Origin: Octopus sinensis
Taxonomy: Eukaryota
Length of the DNA stretch: 64,000 bases
Assembly (NCBI RefSeq): GCF_006345805.1
Contig: NC_043005.1
Location: 69,874,001-69,938,000 of the forward strand
Reading direction: 5' to 3'
Under the pieces are notes generated by a model. The model saw only the letters and a program-made list of their open reading frames with translations, was not told the DNA's origin and did no database searches. The position numbers and the translations under genes are program-made. This document shows positions 43,309 to 56,729 of the stretch, in pieces; positions within the stretch are counted from its first letter, which is position 1; each line of letters begins with the position of its first letter.

Positions 43309-43971
43309 TAATCTTTGCACTTGTGAATTTTTAATGTTTTTACCCCCATACCTTCGTGGGTTATTTTGAGTAAGCACTATCTGAGAGAAATTTTCTTTAA
43401 GTATTAGAAATGGCTAAAAACCTTTTTTTGGCTGCTATTTCTAATGAGTTCAGTATGTGGCAAAGTAATTTATTTTACTAAGCCCTTTTAAACAATGTAA
43501 TATTTTGAATTCGCCTTACATGGTCCCTTTACATACTGAATACTTGGTGAAATTGATTAATAGCTAATTAATTTTACCCTCAATTGTTGAAATTATAATT
43601 CATTTCTCTCTGTTTAATGCCTCGGTTTTCACCGATAAAATATGGTGTTTACTAGTCTGACCCACGTGGGTGGAAGGGGGAGGGCAGGAATTCTTCACTT
43701 GCATATATATATATATATATATATGCAATTTATAATAGAATTTTTAAGTAATATTTCACAAGTCATCTCTTTACATTTTCTTTAAATTCTAAAGATTCAT
43801 AATGAATTAAATTGGGGATTCCATAATATGTATATATTTCCCCATCCTAAAATTGATATATGCTTATTACCCTTAAGCTTTCTGTAAGAACAAAAATTGT
43901 ATTTAGCAAGCCGTAACATCTTTGCACTTCTTCGAAAACTTTCCCTTAACGAATCTTAAATTAACGAGTGA

Positions 43972-44175
43972 GGCGGCGAGCTGACAGAATTGTTAGCACC
44001 CTGAGTAACATACATGGCAGTACATTTCCCGCCTTTACGTTCTAAACCCAAATTCAACCAAGATCGACTTTGCTTTCATTCTTCGAAGTCGATAAAATTA
44101 ATACCAGTACTGGAGTAGATGTAATCTACTTCACCCCTCCTCCGAAATTTGCTGGCCTTGTGCTAAAATTCGAAG
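43972..44175 (+). mobile_element. SINE family D (Nin-domain-like)
   Basis: GGCGGCGAGCTGACAGAATTGTTAGCAC head; TCGACTTTGCTTTCATTCTTCGAAGTCGATAAAATTAATACCAG block. Confidence 0.65.
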
Positions 44176-45243
44176 CGTAAATTAAGAAGTCATTCGATAA
44201 TTTTATATCTTCCTGCTATGCACAAATGTGTTGGCTGTATATATATACATAGACATACGAAAAAAACACACATATATGTAAATATATAAAATATAAAAAA
44301 AGGTAATATATATGTATTTGTTGTTGTGCATATACATCAAAATATATTCATATATTTGCGTATAATTAATAAGGTGGTATTTCAAGTGTAGAATAGATAA
44401 GCACCGAATGAATTCTCGAATTAATCGAATTCTTCACTTCCAACATCCCTATCTAGATTAAGTAGCTACAGGGAACAATGAACAGAAATGTTGGACAAAC
44501 TATTGTAGATGACAGGAATTCACTTGTGTAAGATTTTACGTGTACACCTACACGATAAATATATAATATTATGCATTTGTTTCAATGATGCAGAATATGG
44601 TGAACATCATGATGCATATTAAGATCCGTGCACTATGAAGCAATATTATATCCGGCGTAAAAAAAGTAGCAGAAAAGTAGCAGAAAATAGCAGAAAATAG
44701 CAAAAATATAAAGAAAAATTATATTATCACTTAGCCTGAAGTTTGATATACGAGTTACGTTCAACCGAAAATCGACGAGCATTTTATTTAGGAGGGCGAT
44801 TAGAAAATTCTGTAGTTATTGGCAACATATTCATGTTTTACACTCGTGATAAATGCAGACGTATAGAAATGCAGCTTGGAAGAACGAGATAATTAGTAAC
44901 AGGAAGATGAGATGAATACAGGTACTTGGAAGGAAAGAGCATAAAATAAAGAGCCATATGTATGTTAGCGAAATCTGAGGAGCGTTATTGTGTAACGGAT
45001 TGAAATAATAGTAGTATGAGAGGTTCGCTCATTAATTTTCAAAAGTTTGACTTGTAAAGGAAAACTGGTAAATATTAGTATTGGTGATGATGGAATAAGA
45101 AGTCTAAATGATATATATTAAAAGTAGTCTGGGAATAAATAGCACATGAAGGAACCAGATAGAGTGTTATATATAATATATGTGTATGCATATGTATTGA
45201 GAAACAATGTTTATCGCCACTGCAACATGACTGCTTTTTTTTA

Positions 45244-46392
45244 TTCATTTGTTAGATGAATTCTTACGTTTCTCTCAAATGCTATTTGAATTAATACGAA
45301 TGATTTTATTGTGCAGTTGTATTGTTTGCTTTTTGTTTCTCTTTTGTCACTCTGCTCTTCCTCTATATCTTTTCTTCATCTTTTTTATAAGTTGTATAAA
45401 TTTTTCTTCTTTTAATAATATGACGATGCCGTGAAAAAGAGAAAACTATGTGTACTTTCGACGCCTGTCTTTTCTTCGATTTCAGTCAAGGTACGAATGT
45501 TGCCAAAGCCGCTCGAAATGTTTGTGTTCTATTACTGGAAGAGCAGCACCGGAACCTTTTTCACGCTTGAAGGAAGGGAAAATTCAACTTCACATATTCA
45601 CCGTTTTCCAACCAAAACGTTTTCCACAAAGTGATTTTTCTGAATTAACTTATCCTTGTGGATGAGTAATTTTTCAGATGGGATGCTCTCTTGATATGGT
45701 CACATGTCACCAGTGGGAGACGTACAAAACACAGTGCATGTATGCTACACGCGCTGAGAAAAAAAGGATACAAACTTCAATGCTCCACTTCACCAATATG
45801 AAGAAGAGTAAAGAACAGCTGAATCCCAACAAGCTGAGACCCCAGGCAAGCCAGAGCAGTAGACACGCAAAACATTGATCTGTGTATTATAAGATCGGGA
45901 AGAGTTAATCCGCTTCATCATGTTTATATAGAACTCCGTAGTTAATGCTGTGATATCCCTTTTGCAAATGCGACGGTAAAACGAAGCAATCACGTTCAAA
46001 CAACCCGAAATTCAACATGGTGTGCTTCTTTAACAGAATAATGCTTGCTCCAGTGTGTCACGTAGATGATGGAAATTAGTGTTTAAGTGATGTTTTGGGA
46101 AGTTCTACAGCGATCACGTTTTCTTCTGATATGGCGCATTCAGATTATCAAGTTCTTTATTATTTATTATTATTTTTGGTCGCCTTCCAAAAGTTCGCAA
46201 AACGAATCTTTCAGCACAATGTTCATAATGAATTTCTTCAATCATGTCATTCACCGGTAAGTGGAACGCTAGCAAGAAGTTGTGAGCAATGATGAAGAAT
46301 ACATTAATGACTTATTTATCAGAATTGTAGATGAAAATTGGTGATTATAATAAATCGTGGAAATCAACGCAAAAATTTATCTGACAACTCAA
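45244..46392 (+). mobile_element. Old mariner relic
   Basis: Degenerate TIRs (TTCATTTGTTAGATGAATTCTTACGTT vs the reverse complement of AACGCAAAAATTTATCTGACAACTCAA). YFRRL-type N-terminus near 45450; SSDMAHSDY (SPDLAPSDY-like) near 46125. Confidence 0.75.
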
Positions 46393-47545
46393 TGTTTATC
46401 GTGTATTCCACCTCACCAGTATTGTTATAATAAAGATTGCACTTATGGACGACTCTGTCGTTCTGCGCAACTGGTGAACTAGACTCTCTGCATAAGATAA
46501 TTCTGAGTTATAAGCGAAAATCATCAGATTTGTCATAGGCTTTACCTGATAATGGATACGCAAATTATAAGGTGATGGAAAATTGAAACGTAGGCTGTAA
46601 CAACAATAGCAGGAAAAAGATTGAACAGAAAGTTAGATTATAATATTCTTACAGAACTATGCTAGCGTAGATCCAAGGTGACTAAAATGCTGCACCAAAG
46701 ACAAGAGCAATCAGCACAATTATCCATCTACAGAAGGCGGGCGAAATTCAGGAATATTAGAGTGCGCAGACTAACATCTCATTACTTGTCCCCCATATTT
46801 TTTACAAAAGAGATTAAAGAGAATATTTAAGTTCTGAAACAGTGAGATGAAATTTTTGAGAACCCCGTGTAAATCTGTGTATGTCAAAAGTTCAAACATA
46901 TTAAATATGATTTCTTCTATTATCTTTAGGTATTAAATTCATTTTGGTATCTGACAGTGTATATATCTATGATCAGTAAAAACTAAAAAATCGGTTACTT
47001 TATCAGGCGTTAATCTTCGCGTCAGAAATTATATCGTTTTTACAGTTTTATTAGAATGTATGCATATGCTATACGTTAATCATTAGAAAAGCAATTGCGT
47101 AATTATCATGAATATCTAATCATAAAAAACTAATTTACTGCAGAAAAAAGTTACAACCACATAACTTCGTTAGGAAGATATAAACTGACAACTACAGTTC
47201 AAATCACGTTCTAGATTCTCCTGGAGATTGAGTGAATTTTTTGTCGGCATTTATTCCTCATTGCAAATTCTAATAGGAGATATCTAACGGGATTTGTTGC
47301 TCATTTTAGCAAATTAATCACGTGTAATGGTGAATAAATGATACCAAATTTTTTTCAATGTCTTATTATGATATCCAATTATTCTGCAAAACTATATTTA
47401 CAATATTTTTGTCATCTTTTTCATGCACCACGCAAATATAGCATAGCACGATGGAGTCCTGGAATAAGTAGATGTGCTTCAAGAGGAGACTGCTTCGATT
47501 ATAATCATATATATACATGCATATATATACATATAATACACACAT

Positions 47546-47576
<31 letters not shown>

Positions 47577-47608
47577 ATATATATATATATATATTTCTTT
47601 ACTGAAAG

Positions 47609-47648
<40 letters not shown>

Positions 47649-47791
47649 GTATATATATACACATTTTCATGTACTTATATGTGTGTGTGTACGCGAGTAA
47701 GTATATAAATGCCAAAAAGGGGGTAAAATTGTATTCGAATACCAACTACAGAGTAATTTATCATTTATCAAAGCCGAAACAAATCTTCCCA

Positions 47792-47833
47792 AACTATTAC
47801 CAAGTGTTTCAAACTAGGGTTCCACAGATAGTT
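47792..47833 (-). ncRNA. Minimal hammerhead-like motif, degenerate
   Basis: Minus strand AACTAT-CTGTGGA-ACCCTAGTTT-GAAAC-ACTTG-GTA-ATAGTT: perfect 6-bp stem I, one core mismatch. Confidence 0.55.
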
Positions 47834-47967
47834 GTGATATACATACTTGCATACACACAAACACACACATATTCATACACACGCACACACATATTCATAC
47901 ACACACACACACACATATATATATATATGCATATTTTTTGTATACACACAAACACACACACACACAC

Positions 47968-48003
<36 letters not shown>

Positions 48004-48228
48004 CTCATGGATGACAATCAGATATTTACATTTAGTAGGACTCAAAAGATTTTAACTTGATCGGATACAGAAGTAAATGTAAGGCTAAGCAAGTTAGACA
48101 GAAAATTATATAACGTATATTAAATACATGAAATACAAAAACTGTATATTTTTACATACAAAAATTCCCATTTATACAGAATACAAATGATATAGACAAT
48201 TAAAGGGATTGAAGAAAAGTATTTCAAA

Positions 48229-48319
48229 TCCAACAGCTGTTTCTGGTGGCTTGGTGCTTCAAAATAATATCTGTACATTGATTCCATTGTAGAATGAGAC
48301 GAGCCTCCGTCTTCAAGGA
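48229..48319 (-). ncRNA. Hammerhead motif with one core mismatch and long stem II
   Basis: Minus strand TCC-TTGAAGA-CGGAGGCT..AGCCACCA-GAAAC-AGCT-GTT-GGA; palindromic loop 3. Lies downstream of a weakly PLE-like YYIK..P word. Confidence 0.6.
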
Positions 48320-48502
48320 AAAGATCTTACATTTGAGCTGTTAAATTTGGGATTTTATTTCCATGTTTTAATGTAGTAATTTCATATTTTGATGAATTAT
48401 ATTAAACAATGTTAACTGTAAATGTATTTAAAAAATCGCTAAGAATCTCCAAATCCAAAACCTAAGCTATACCAGATCCATTATCTGTAATAGATTATGG
48501 AA

Positions 48503-48906
48503 CTCTTACTCTTTTACTGTTTTACTTGTTTCAGTCATTTGACTGCGGCCATGCTGGAGCACCGGCTTTAGTCGAGCAACTCGACACCGGGACTTACTCT
48601 TTGTAAGCCCCGTACTTATTCTATCGGTCTCTTTTGCCGAACCGCTAAGTGAAGGGGACGTAAACACACCAGCATCGGTTGTCAAGCAATGCTAGGGGGA
48701 CAAACACAAACACACACATACATATATATATACACATATATACGACAGGCTTCTTTCAGTTTCCGTTTACCAAATCCACTCACAAGGCATTTGTCGGCCC
48801 GGGGCTATAGCAGAAGACACTTGCCCAAGGTGCCACACAGTGGGACTGAACCCGGAAACATGTAGTTGGTTAGCAAGCTACTTACCACACAGCCACTCCT
48901 GCGCCT
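48503..48906 (-). mobile_element. tRNA-derived SINE (family B), full length with internal microsatellite
   Basis: Minus head AGGCGCAGGAGTGGCTGTGTGGTAAGTAGCTTGCT..GGTTCAGTCCC; tail GCTCCAGCATGGCCGCAGTCAAATGACTGAAACAAGTAAAA. Decayed copies at ~41035-41100, ~55020-55240 and ~62470-62780. Confidence 0.9.
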
Positions 48907-49348
48907 ATGAGAAAAATATACACAATGAGATTTGACATGCCATTGTTAGAGACCATCTGTCAATGCCTGGCGAAAATGGTTTCTATAGCAGTAAGTAATT
49001 CATTAAGCATTAAGCATGATGAGTAGAAGGAACAACAATCTTCTCTTTGTTTCGAATACGAACAGTGATGTTTTACTTTTTCTGGCAGATGGTAAGTAGA
49101 ACACTATCATTTTTGTTTTCCAGCTTTTTTCTTTCCTTTACCCGTTCTCTGCTACTCTCTGCTGCTTTCTTAAAATCTTCTTTATACTTTTCTCAATAGA
49201 TCAATTCATTCTGTCTACTGCCCCAATTATGTAGTGTTCGCTGTTTTTTTTTTACTTATATGTTTCTTTTCACCTTTTCTATAAACTATATGCTTAGAAA
49301 GATATATATAGATATATATATACGTACATACATAGAAGCAGCCACACA

Positions 49349-49384
<36 letters not shown>

Positions 49385-50348
49385 AATATATACATACATA
49401 TATAAATACACACCCGTTCATATAAGTATTACATATGTATATATACACGTCATAGACTCACATATATATGCATGTCTGCGTACGTTTCTGCGGATATGTG
49501 TATATTAAAGTATATTGAAAGCTAAAAATTTAACACAATCGTTGCTGTAAGTTGCATATTTTGGGCTGAAAAAGGTAATAAACAGAAACGATAGATGAGG
49601 AAAAACAGTGAAAATAGAAAAATATAAACAGAAAGAAAATGCACTGTAATTTCTAGTATGCATAGACAGATACTAAATATCAAATGAAAAATAAATGAAA
49701 CACGTGAAAATGCATAGGAAATCGAAATAAAAGCACTAATATTATTTCAGCTGGGAATCAAAAGAAAAATATATTACAACTTGATATTTTTGATAAACAA
49801 AGTGTCTTTAAGAAATATTGAGGCATTAGTGTTCCGCAATAAGAGATCACAGCCGCGCTAGTACGGATATTTTGCAAGAGGGATTCCTCAAGCCGGCCAA
49901 GCCGGTTGGCATTATAGGGGTCGACGAAAACGAGATGCTACATAAGTCTCATTGACTCAGTTGGTCAGGCAAGTGTATCCAGGTGGATGGTTTATTGATG
50001 GTTGCGTCTGATACAACACTGTATTAGAATTTTGAAAGACCTAAAGCGTTAGGAATATTGTGTGAAATAAAAAAAATGAATATGAAACCTATATTTTCAA
50101 ATCACAGAATCAAGTAATACAATAAGTTTTACGATTTTATGCAATTTGAAAGGCCGGCTGGATTTGATTTTGCTTATATTTTAGTTGCACAATACAGTAT
50201 TATTTAACAGCTTTTCTTTAGCATATACATCAAGGGACAAGCAAACACTAAAAGTTACATGCAAACATACACCAACATGCATGCACCAGCAACACGGAAA
50301 CACGTGCAAATGCTTTGACATCTATCTACCTATCTATCTATCTATTTA

Positions 50349-50415
<67 letters not shown>

Positions 50416-50646
50416 TGGTTGTATACTGTCAACTTAACGTGACAGTCCCGTATGGGAATTACACCACCTCTATTTAGCCCTAGGAAGTATCGACGCTTCC
50501 TGTCGGCTTTGACACATTTTCTGTCTCCTTATATTTGCAAAGGGGTGGTAAGCACCCCCACCAGCTAGGATTCAGACCTGAAAACATGCTTGTTTCTGGA
50601 TCTTGCCCGTCATATTTCCAATTATATGTATATATATACACACACG

Positions 50647-50677
<31 letters not shown>

Positions 50678-52757
50678 TAATATATGTATATGTGTGTGTC
50701 TATATATATATATATATACATGTAAAGATATGCGTGTATGCGTATGCATATATACATATAAATATATTCATGCATATGTTGTGTGTGCGTGCGTGGGTTT
50801 TTGTATGTGTGTGGTGTATCTCAAAGACAATCAAAAGCTATGTTAGGAACAATAATAATGCCATCTTTTATAACTCTAACGCAAACAGAACATAGAGTCT
50901 GTAAGTTGTAGAGTTACGTGTATTCTTCGAAAGAAAACCTCACGTACATGAGAGTTCGAAACCTATGCCAGTGTGAATGATATACATTCATAAATCTTGC
51001 ATGATAAATATAACAATCTCTATTCGAATATATTCTAGTACGTCAATATTTCAATTTTATAAACCAGAATAATCACAGGTAGGTAGTTTTGTACTTGTTA
51101 CTGATTTAAAGTATAATCATAAAAGCTTAAATTTTCAGGACTTAAAAAACTGATAGAAGTTCTGCAACTAAAAATGTCTTCTTGAGGGAAGAAAATCTAG
51201 CACTTCTCAAAATGAAAGATCATATCAAAATGAAAAATCCTAACAAATGAAAACTTCTGACAAAAGGAAAAATCCTACCAAAACGAATACAAAAATGTGA
51301 GATATGTATGCAAAAGTTGAGCTCTCGTTGAAAGCAAAAACAGCTTTATCTAACAAAAATGTTATTGCTTATGCACAAATATTTCAAAAGACTGTTTAAT
51401 CCCTAGTGTAGTTGGAGATATAAAGACAAAAAGTTATAAGAAATAATCGCAAACTTTCCACGTTCCACATGTCAACGCATTAGGCAACAACCTTTATAAA
51501 ATAAGAATGACATTAAGAAGATAATCTTAACAAAACAATGTGATTGATTAACATGAAGATGTTGATAACATTACAATGTTAGGAAGATAACCATGCGCAA
51601 ACAATATGTTTTATATGAAAATGTGTCGAGCACAAAAAATATTAGGAAAATATGCTTTTAAATCGTCTAAAGTGAAAGTGTATTTCGAAAAAGATTCTCT
51701 TAGAATAAAATGCTTCAATGAAATATTTTGCTAAAAACATGCTACAAATAAAGTATTACGGAAAGCCTTGATAAAATTATGTACATATATTTTCGTAAGG
51801 GTCCCCAGGTTTAATATATCGGGATAGAAGAAATGGAAAATACTTGAAGTTAATCTATCACCTAATTGTATAACGGAAGGTAAATCTTTTCAAATGCGTT
51901 TTCTATACGCTCGTCTTGGCTCCATTTTGATTGTATCTGCAATTTCATACTCTTTCATTTTATTCTTGAAGTCTAATTCAAGATCACACCTTATTTGACG
52001 CGTATAATAAAATAAGATATATAATAACGGCGACGACAATGATGACGACGGCGGTGATAACGATGAGGAGGAGGCGGATGATGATGATGATCATGATCAT
52101 GAACGTGGTATGATAGCATAAATATATAAAATTAAAAAACTTTAAGTACATAAGTTAAAAGGATAAAACATGTAAAACGCGAAAACATGAAAGCGTTGCA
52201 GAGATGGATGACTTCCAAGAACTATTCAAATGCATTTATTACTGCTTTGATTGTTTTCTGTTAAATTTGAACTACATGACACTAATCTGAGGCAAGGAAG
52301 AAGTTGTTTTACATAGAAAATCAAAGAAAAAAAAATTAAATATAGTGCAATTTACCTTATTGATGTTCCCTTCTTGGTCACATATCTGTTAATTTTGTCT
52401 GTTTCAACATCAACCATATCTTTGTGATCATTACTCGTTGGGTTACTGTTTTTTCAAAGCCTGGTTTCGTTTTGCAATATTTTAATTATTCTAACGTTAA
52501 TTTATAACAATGACGGCAAACACACTACCCGAATCAGATAATAAAACAATATTAATATAAATAGCAATAATATTTCCCAAAATTATGGGAGTAACAGATG
52601 CATAAGCATAATAACCAGCATTTGCTGTTAGAGAAAAAAAGGGGAATTAACAGGAACTATGTATCACATACAAATATACAGATGATATTATCACTGATGT
52701 AAGCATAACAGTTTTTTCCTTTTATACATACATATATATATACATATATATATATAT

Positions 52758-53604
52758 ATCATATAATTAAGGGCTAAAGAGGGTTATTCTAAAGCCAATA
52801 CACTGATCTATCCACTTATAATCCGCTTGCTACACGAGAATTGAAACTGAAAACGGGCAACTAACCTTTAGAAAATTTAAATTTCGTTATCTCTATATTG
52901 AATCAATTTCGGAATTAATCTTATAAAAAGATATATTCTTTCTTCAGTAGAGCTTTCGATGGGATATAATAAAATACTCACGTATGATCATGGAAAAAGC
53001 ACAAGCTAAAAACATAACTACACTTGAGTACATCACTTATACCTAAAAATAAAAATTCTTTGGTCAGCCTCAGAAACAACGTCTTGACCTTTCGCCGCTA
53101 CAAATTGTAATGGTTACCGGTCCTCCCGTAGCAAGCAGCGAGTTTACTACTAACAATATAGGATGAAGTCCCTTTCTCCACAGAAAAGGAATCCATCCAG
53201 AATTTTTATTTTTAGGTATAAGTGATGTACTCAAGTGTAGTTATGTTTTTAGCTTCTGCTTTTTCCATGATCATATGTGAGTATTTTATTTATATCCCAT
53301 CGAAAGCTCTACTGAAGAAAGAATATATCTTTTTATAAGATTAATTCCGAAATTGATTCAATATAGGGATAACGAAATTTAAATTTTCTAAAGGTTAGTT
53401 GCCCGTTTTCAGTTTCAATTCTCCTGTAGCAAGCGGATTATAAGTGGATAAATCAGTGTATTGGCTTTAGAATAACCCTCTTTAGCCCTTAATTATATGA
53501 TGTTTATACTTCAACCGTAACGGTTTTTTTAAATATACTGCCCACGCTTCCTGATGGATTCCTTTTCTGTAGAGAAAGGGACTTCATCCTATATTGTTAG
53601 TAGT
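52758..53604. mobile_element. Foldback of a ~490-bp circularly permuted unit in (TA)n
   Basis: 52758-53059 mirrors 53199-53500, and 53146-53197 mirrors 53553-53604. Confidence 0.85.
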
Positions 53605-53633
53605 AGTAGTATATATATATATATAATATATAT

Positions 53634-53685
<52 letters not shown>

Positions 53686-53688
53686 TAC

Positions 53689-54267
53689 GCGAGAAAGAAG
53701 CAACAAGAATGGATAGGTTTTTAGTACAATCGTTTCATACAAGGACAGGCTTTATTAAAAGTTGCAAAAATTACAGCATATAAACGTGTCCCGTACTCAT
53801 CAGCTAAAATACATGTGAGTTCTCTAGACATCCTAGTGGTTGAGGCTATACTCATGAAGTAATGTAGATAATTAAGTAACATAAACAGATTTTCAAAGTT
53901 CATTAAAGTTCTTTAAAGATGATGTGCAGTCTTATCACAGAATTTTAAAAAAGTTTTAATAGCATCCCAGAGAAGGTGACCTAATCCATAGTGCTATTAA
54001 AACTTTTTTAAAATTCTGTGATAAGACTGTACATCATCTTTAAAGAACTTTAATGAACTTTGGAAATCTGTTTATGTTACTTAATTATCTACATTACTTC
54101 ATGAGTATAGCCTCAACCACTAGGATGTCTAGAGAACTCACATGTATTTTAGCTGATGAATACGGGACACGTTTATATGCTGTAATTTTTGCAACTTTTA
54201 ATAAAGCCTGTCCTTGTATGAAACGATTGTACTAAAAACCTATCCATTCTTGTTGCTTCTTTCTCGC
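53689..54267. repeat. Near-perfect foldback with ~276-bp arms, TA-flanked
   Basis: 53689-53964 mirrors 53992-54267 with a 27-bp loop; this explains the twin 60-aa ORFs. Confidence 0.95.
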
Positions 54268-54385
54268 TTATAATCACCCCACATTACTGTATTGTTAAAA
54301 CAGTATAGTTTTTTTTGGGTGCATCTAAGTTAGGTACCATATTCAAGTAAATTCATTTAAATTAACTTGAATCTTTATTGCTTTT

Positions 54386-54435
<50 letters not shown>

Positions 54436-54729
54436 ATATACAAAGAGAAAGAGAGAGACAGGTGAACAGATGAGATAGAGAGAATCTCAATATAGAAAAC
54501 ACTTTGTAGTCCTCAAATGATTTAAACTTACATTTCGATATCTTTACCGAGGACTATAGCAGCAGCCTAAAAAGTGGCTAAAAGGGGAATCCAAGTGAGA
54601 AAACAATGATTAAAATAAACAGAAAAAACCTTAGGGCTTAATAAAGAAGAAATATATTTACATGTATACATGTATTTTGTACATTAAAACCCAGATTTTA
54701 TGTATTTATTTGAATTTTTATCTTTCTCT

Positions 54730-54816
<87 letters not shown>

Positions 54817-55523
54817 GTATGCATATGTATGTATGTATATAATCTGAATTGGACACGATCAACACTATATATATATTTAATCTAAAATAGAGACGACCAC
54901 CAATTTTTCTATCATTGGATTAAATAGGTGGTGAGATAGTACTTATCATGAAGCCAATGTTAGTCGTAATACACAAATAAAGAATCGTTATCCACTATCG
55001 TCTTGTTTGATATTTAAGCATTTATCTTTTACCTGTTTCAGTCATTTTTCTGTGCCATGCTGGGGAAACAACTTAAATGGTTTAGCAGAAATCTTTGACC
55101 ACAGGACTTATCTCCTTTTAAGTGCAGCACTTATTCTGACGCTCTTCCGTTAAACAACTTACTTACAAGGACGTGAACACACCAGTACTGATCGTCAAGG
55201 AGGGGGGAATCAACACAGACACAAAGACAGACGCATATAGATATTAATGACTTGTATGTACGTGGTATTTCTTTATGCAACCATAATGTAATATAAATGT
55301 AGTAAATGATTTTATGAGTCAATACTACTTTCCAATGAGTTAGCAGTGTTTTTAGATTATTTTGTTAAGGTTACTTCTGCAGACATACTATAGAAATTTC
55401 AGCTTTTGTGATATTTTTGCTAGTTTTTACTAAAGCATAATACTCTACCTCTGGTATTCGAGTAGTGTTTGTTGTCTACACCATCTCTCTTCGTCTTTTG
55501 AATTTTTGGTGAATTCTCCCTAT

Positions 55524-55589
<66 letters not shown>

Positions 55590-55644
55590 TGAGAGAGAGC
55601 GAGAGACAGAGAGTCAGCGATGAGATGAATCAATATATATATAT

Positions 55645-55942
55645 GGGATTGCACCTAGAAAATTAACCCTCCTAGACACAAGTCCGGGCAAGGTTGTTTA
55701 TGGAAGACCAGCAGTCGCCCATGCATACCATCTTCCCCTCTCCACGCCACCAGTGTTATCCAAGGGAAAGACAAAGGTCGATACAGCTTGGCACCAGTGA
55801 CGTCGCAACTCATTTCTACAGCTGAGTGAACTGGAGCAACGTGAAATAAAGTGCCTTGCTCAAGAACACAACACGCAGCCCGGTCCGGGATTCGAGCTCA
55901 CAACCTCACGATCGTAAGCTCGACGCTCTAACCACTGAGCCA
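55645..55942 (-). mobile_element. tRNA-derived SINE (family C) with CORE-like domain
   Basis: Minus strand TGGCTCAGTGGTTAGAGCG A-box and GAGCTCGAATCCC B-box-like, then TGTTCTTGAGCAAGGCACTTTATTTCACGTTGCTCCAG. Confidence 0.85.
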
Positions 55943-56285
55943 TATTGATTATCTATCTTCATTAGCAAATAATGGGATCAAACGTGACAAGAGAATTTGT
56001 ATCCAGAATGCAAGAGAGCAAAATGAAATGATACCCCGATTTAAAAATAATAACCTTTATATCTACGCATCGCATTAGAATCCTTGAGGGATATAACACA
56101 ATTATTCAAAATTTATCAAATTCTCTCCACACAAAGTCATTGACAGTAAAATGTATATGTGGAGTGTGAAAGGAGAGTACGTAGGCGTATGTATGTGCCG
56201 TAGGGTTATGATGGTGTATATGGTATGGGTGCAAAGTTTAACGGTGTAGAGTATAACTATCATGGATTTTGCAGTGCATTGTTGT

Positions 56286-56354
<69 letters not shown>

Positions 56355-56729
56355 ATGTGTATGTGTGCGGGCGTGTGTGTGTTTTATGTGTGTGTGTAAT
56401 TAATCAAAGGACATACTAGGTATGTCTGCCTCCTGGAAATAACAGTGAAAACTCTTATTTAAATCGTCGCCAAAATACACTGATAATAAATGCAGAAATG
56501 AACTGCCCCAAGGCAAACGGGCTGAGACAATCTTTCAGCATACTTTCAAGTACTTGGACTCTCGTGGACCGGTTTCAGGACTGACATAACACCCTCATCT
56601 TCCTTAGCACACGTTACTATGATGGAGAGCCCCAACCCGTCATATTGAAGTCTAAGCTCAATTGATTCTTTTAGCGCCGAATCTCAGCAGCCACCAGTGT
56701 GAAAATAATTTCAATATGGAGCAAATAAT

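Larger units (their letters stand above)
41415..43706 (+). mobile_element. HHR-bearing repeat family 2, locus B: inverted arm plus ~3.4 tandem units of 564-565 bp in (TA)n
   Basis: Inverted 41415-41788. AAGCCCTTTT at 41786, 42351, 42916 and 43480. Homologous to 12862-14163. Confidence 0.92.

Noticed and set aside
41786-43706. Tandem array read as CRISPR or simple satellite
   Set aside because: No unique spacers, eukaryotic context, and the unit is dispersed with an HHR and an inverted arm.
51300-51900. Possible PLE thumb/endonuclease remnant
   Set aside because: Only one weak peptide resemblance; too decayed to call.
53721-54235. Twin 60-aa ORFs on opposite strands
   Set aside because: A by-product of the inverted repeat; no recognisable protein features.
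55880-55942. tRNA-like sequences here and at ~37275-37345 and ~62258-62320
   Set aside because: SINE heads without a complete cloverleaf; not tRNA genes.
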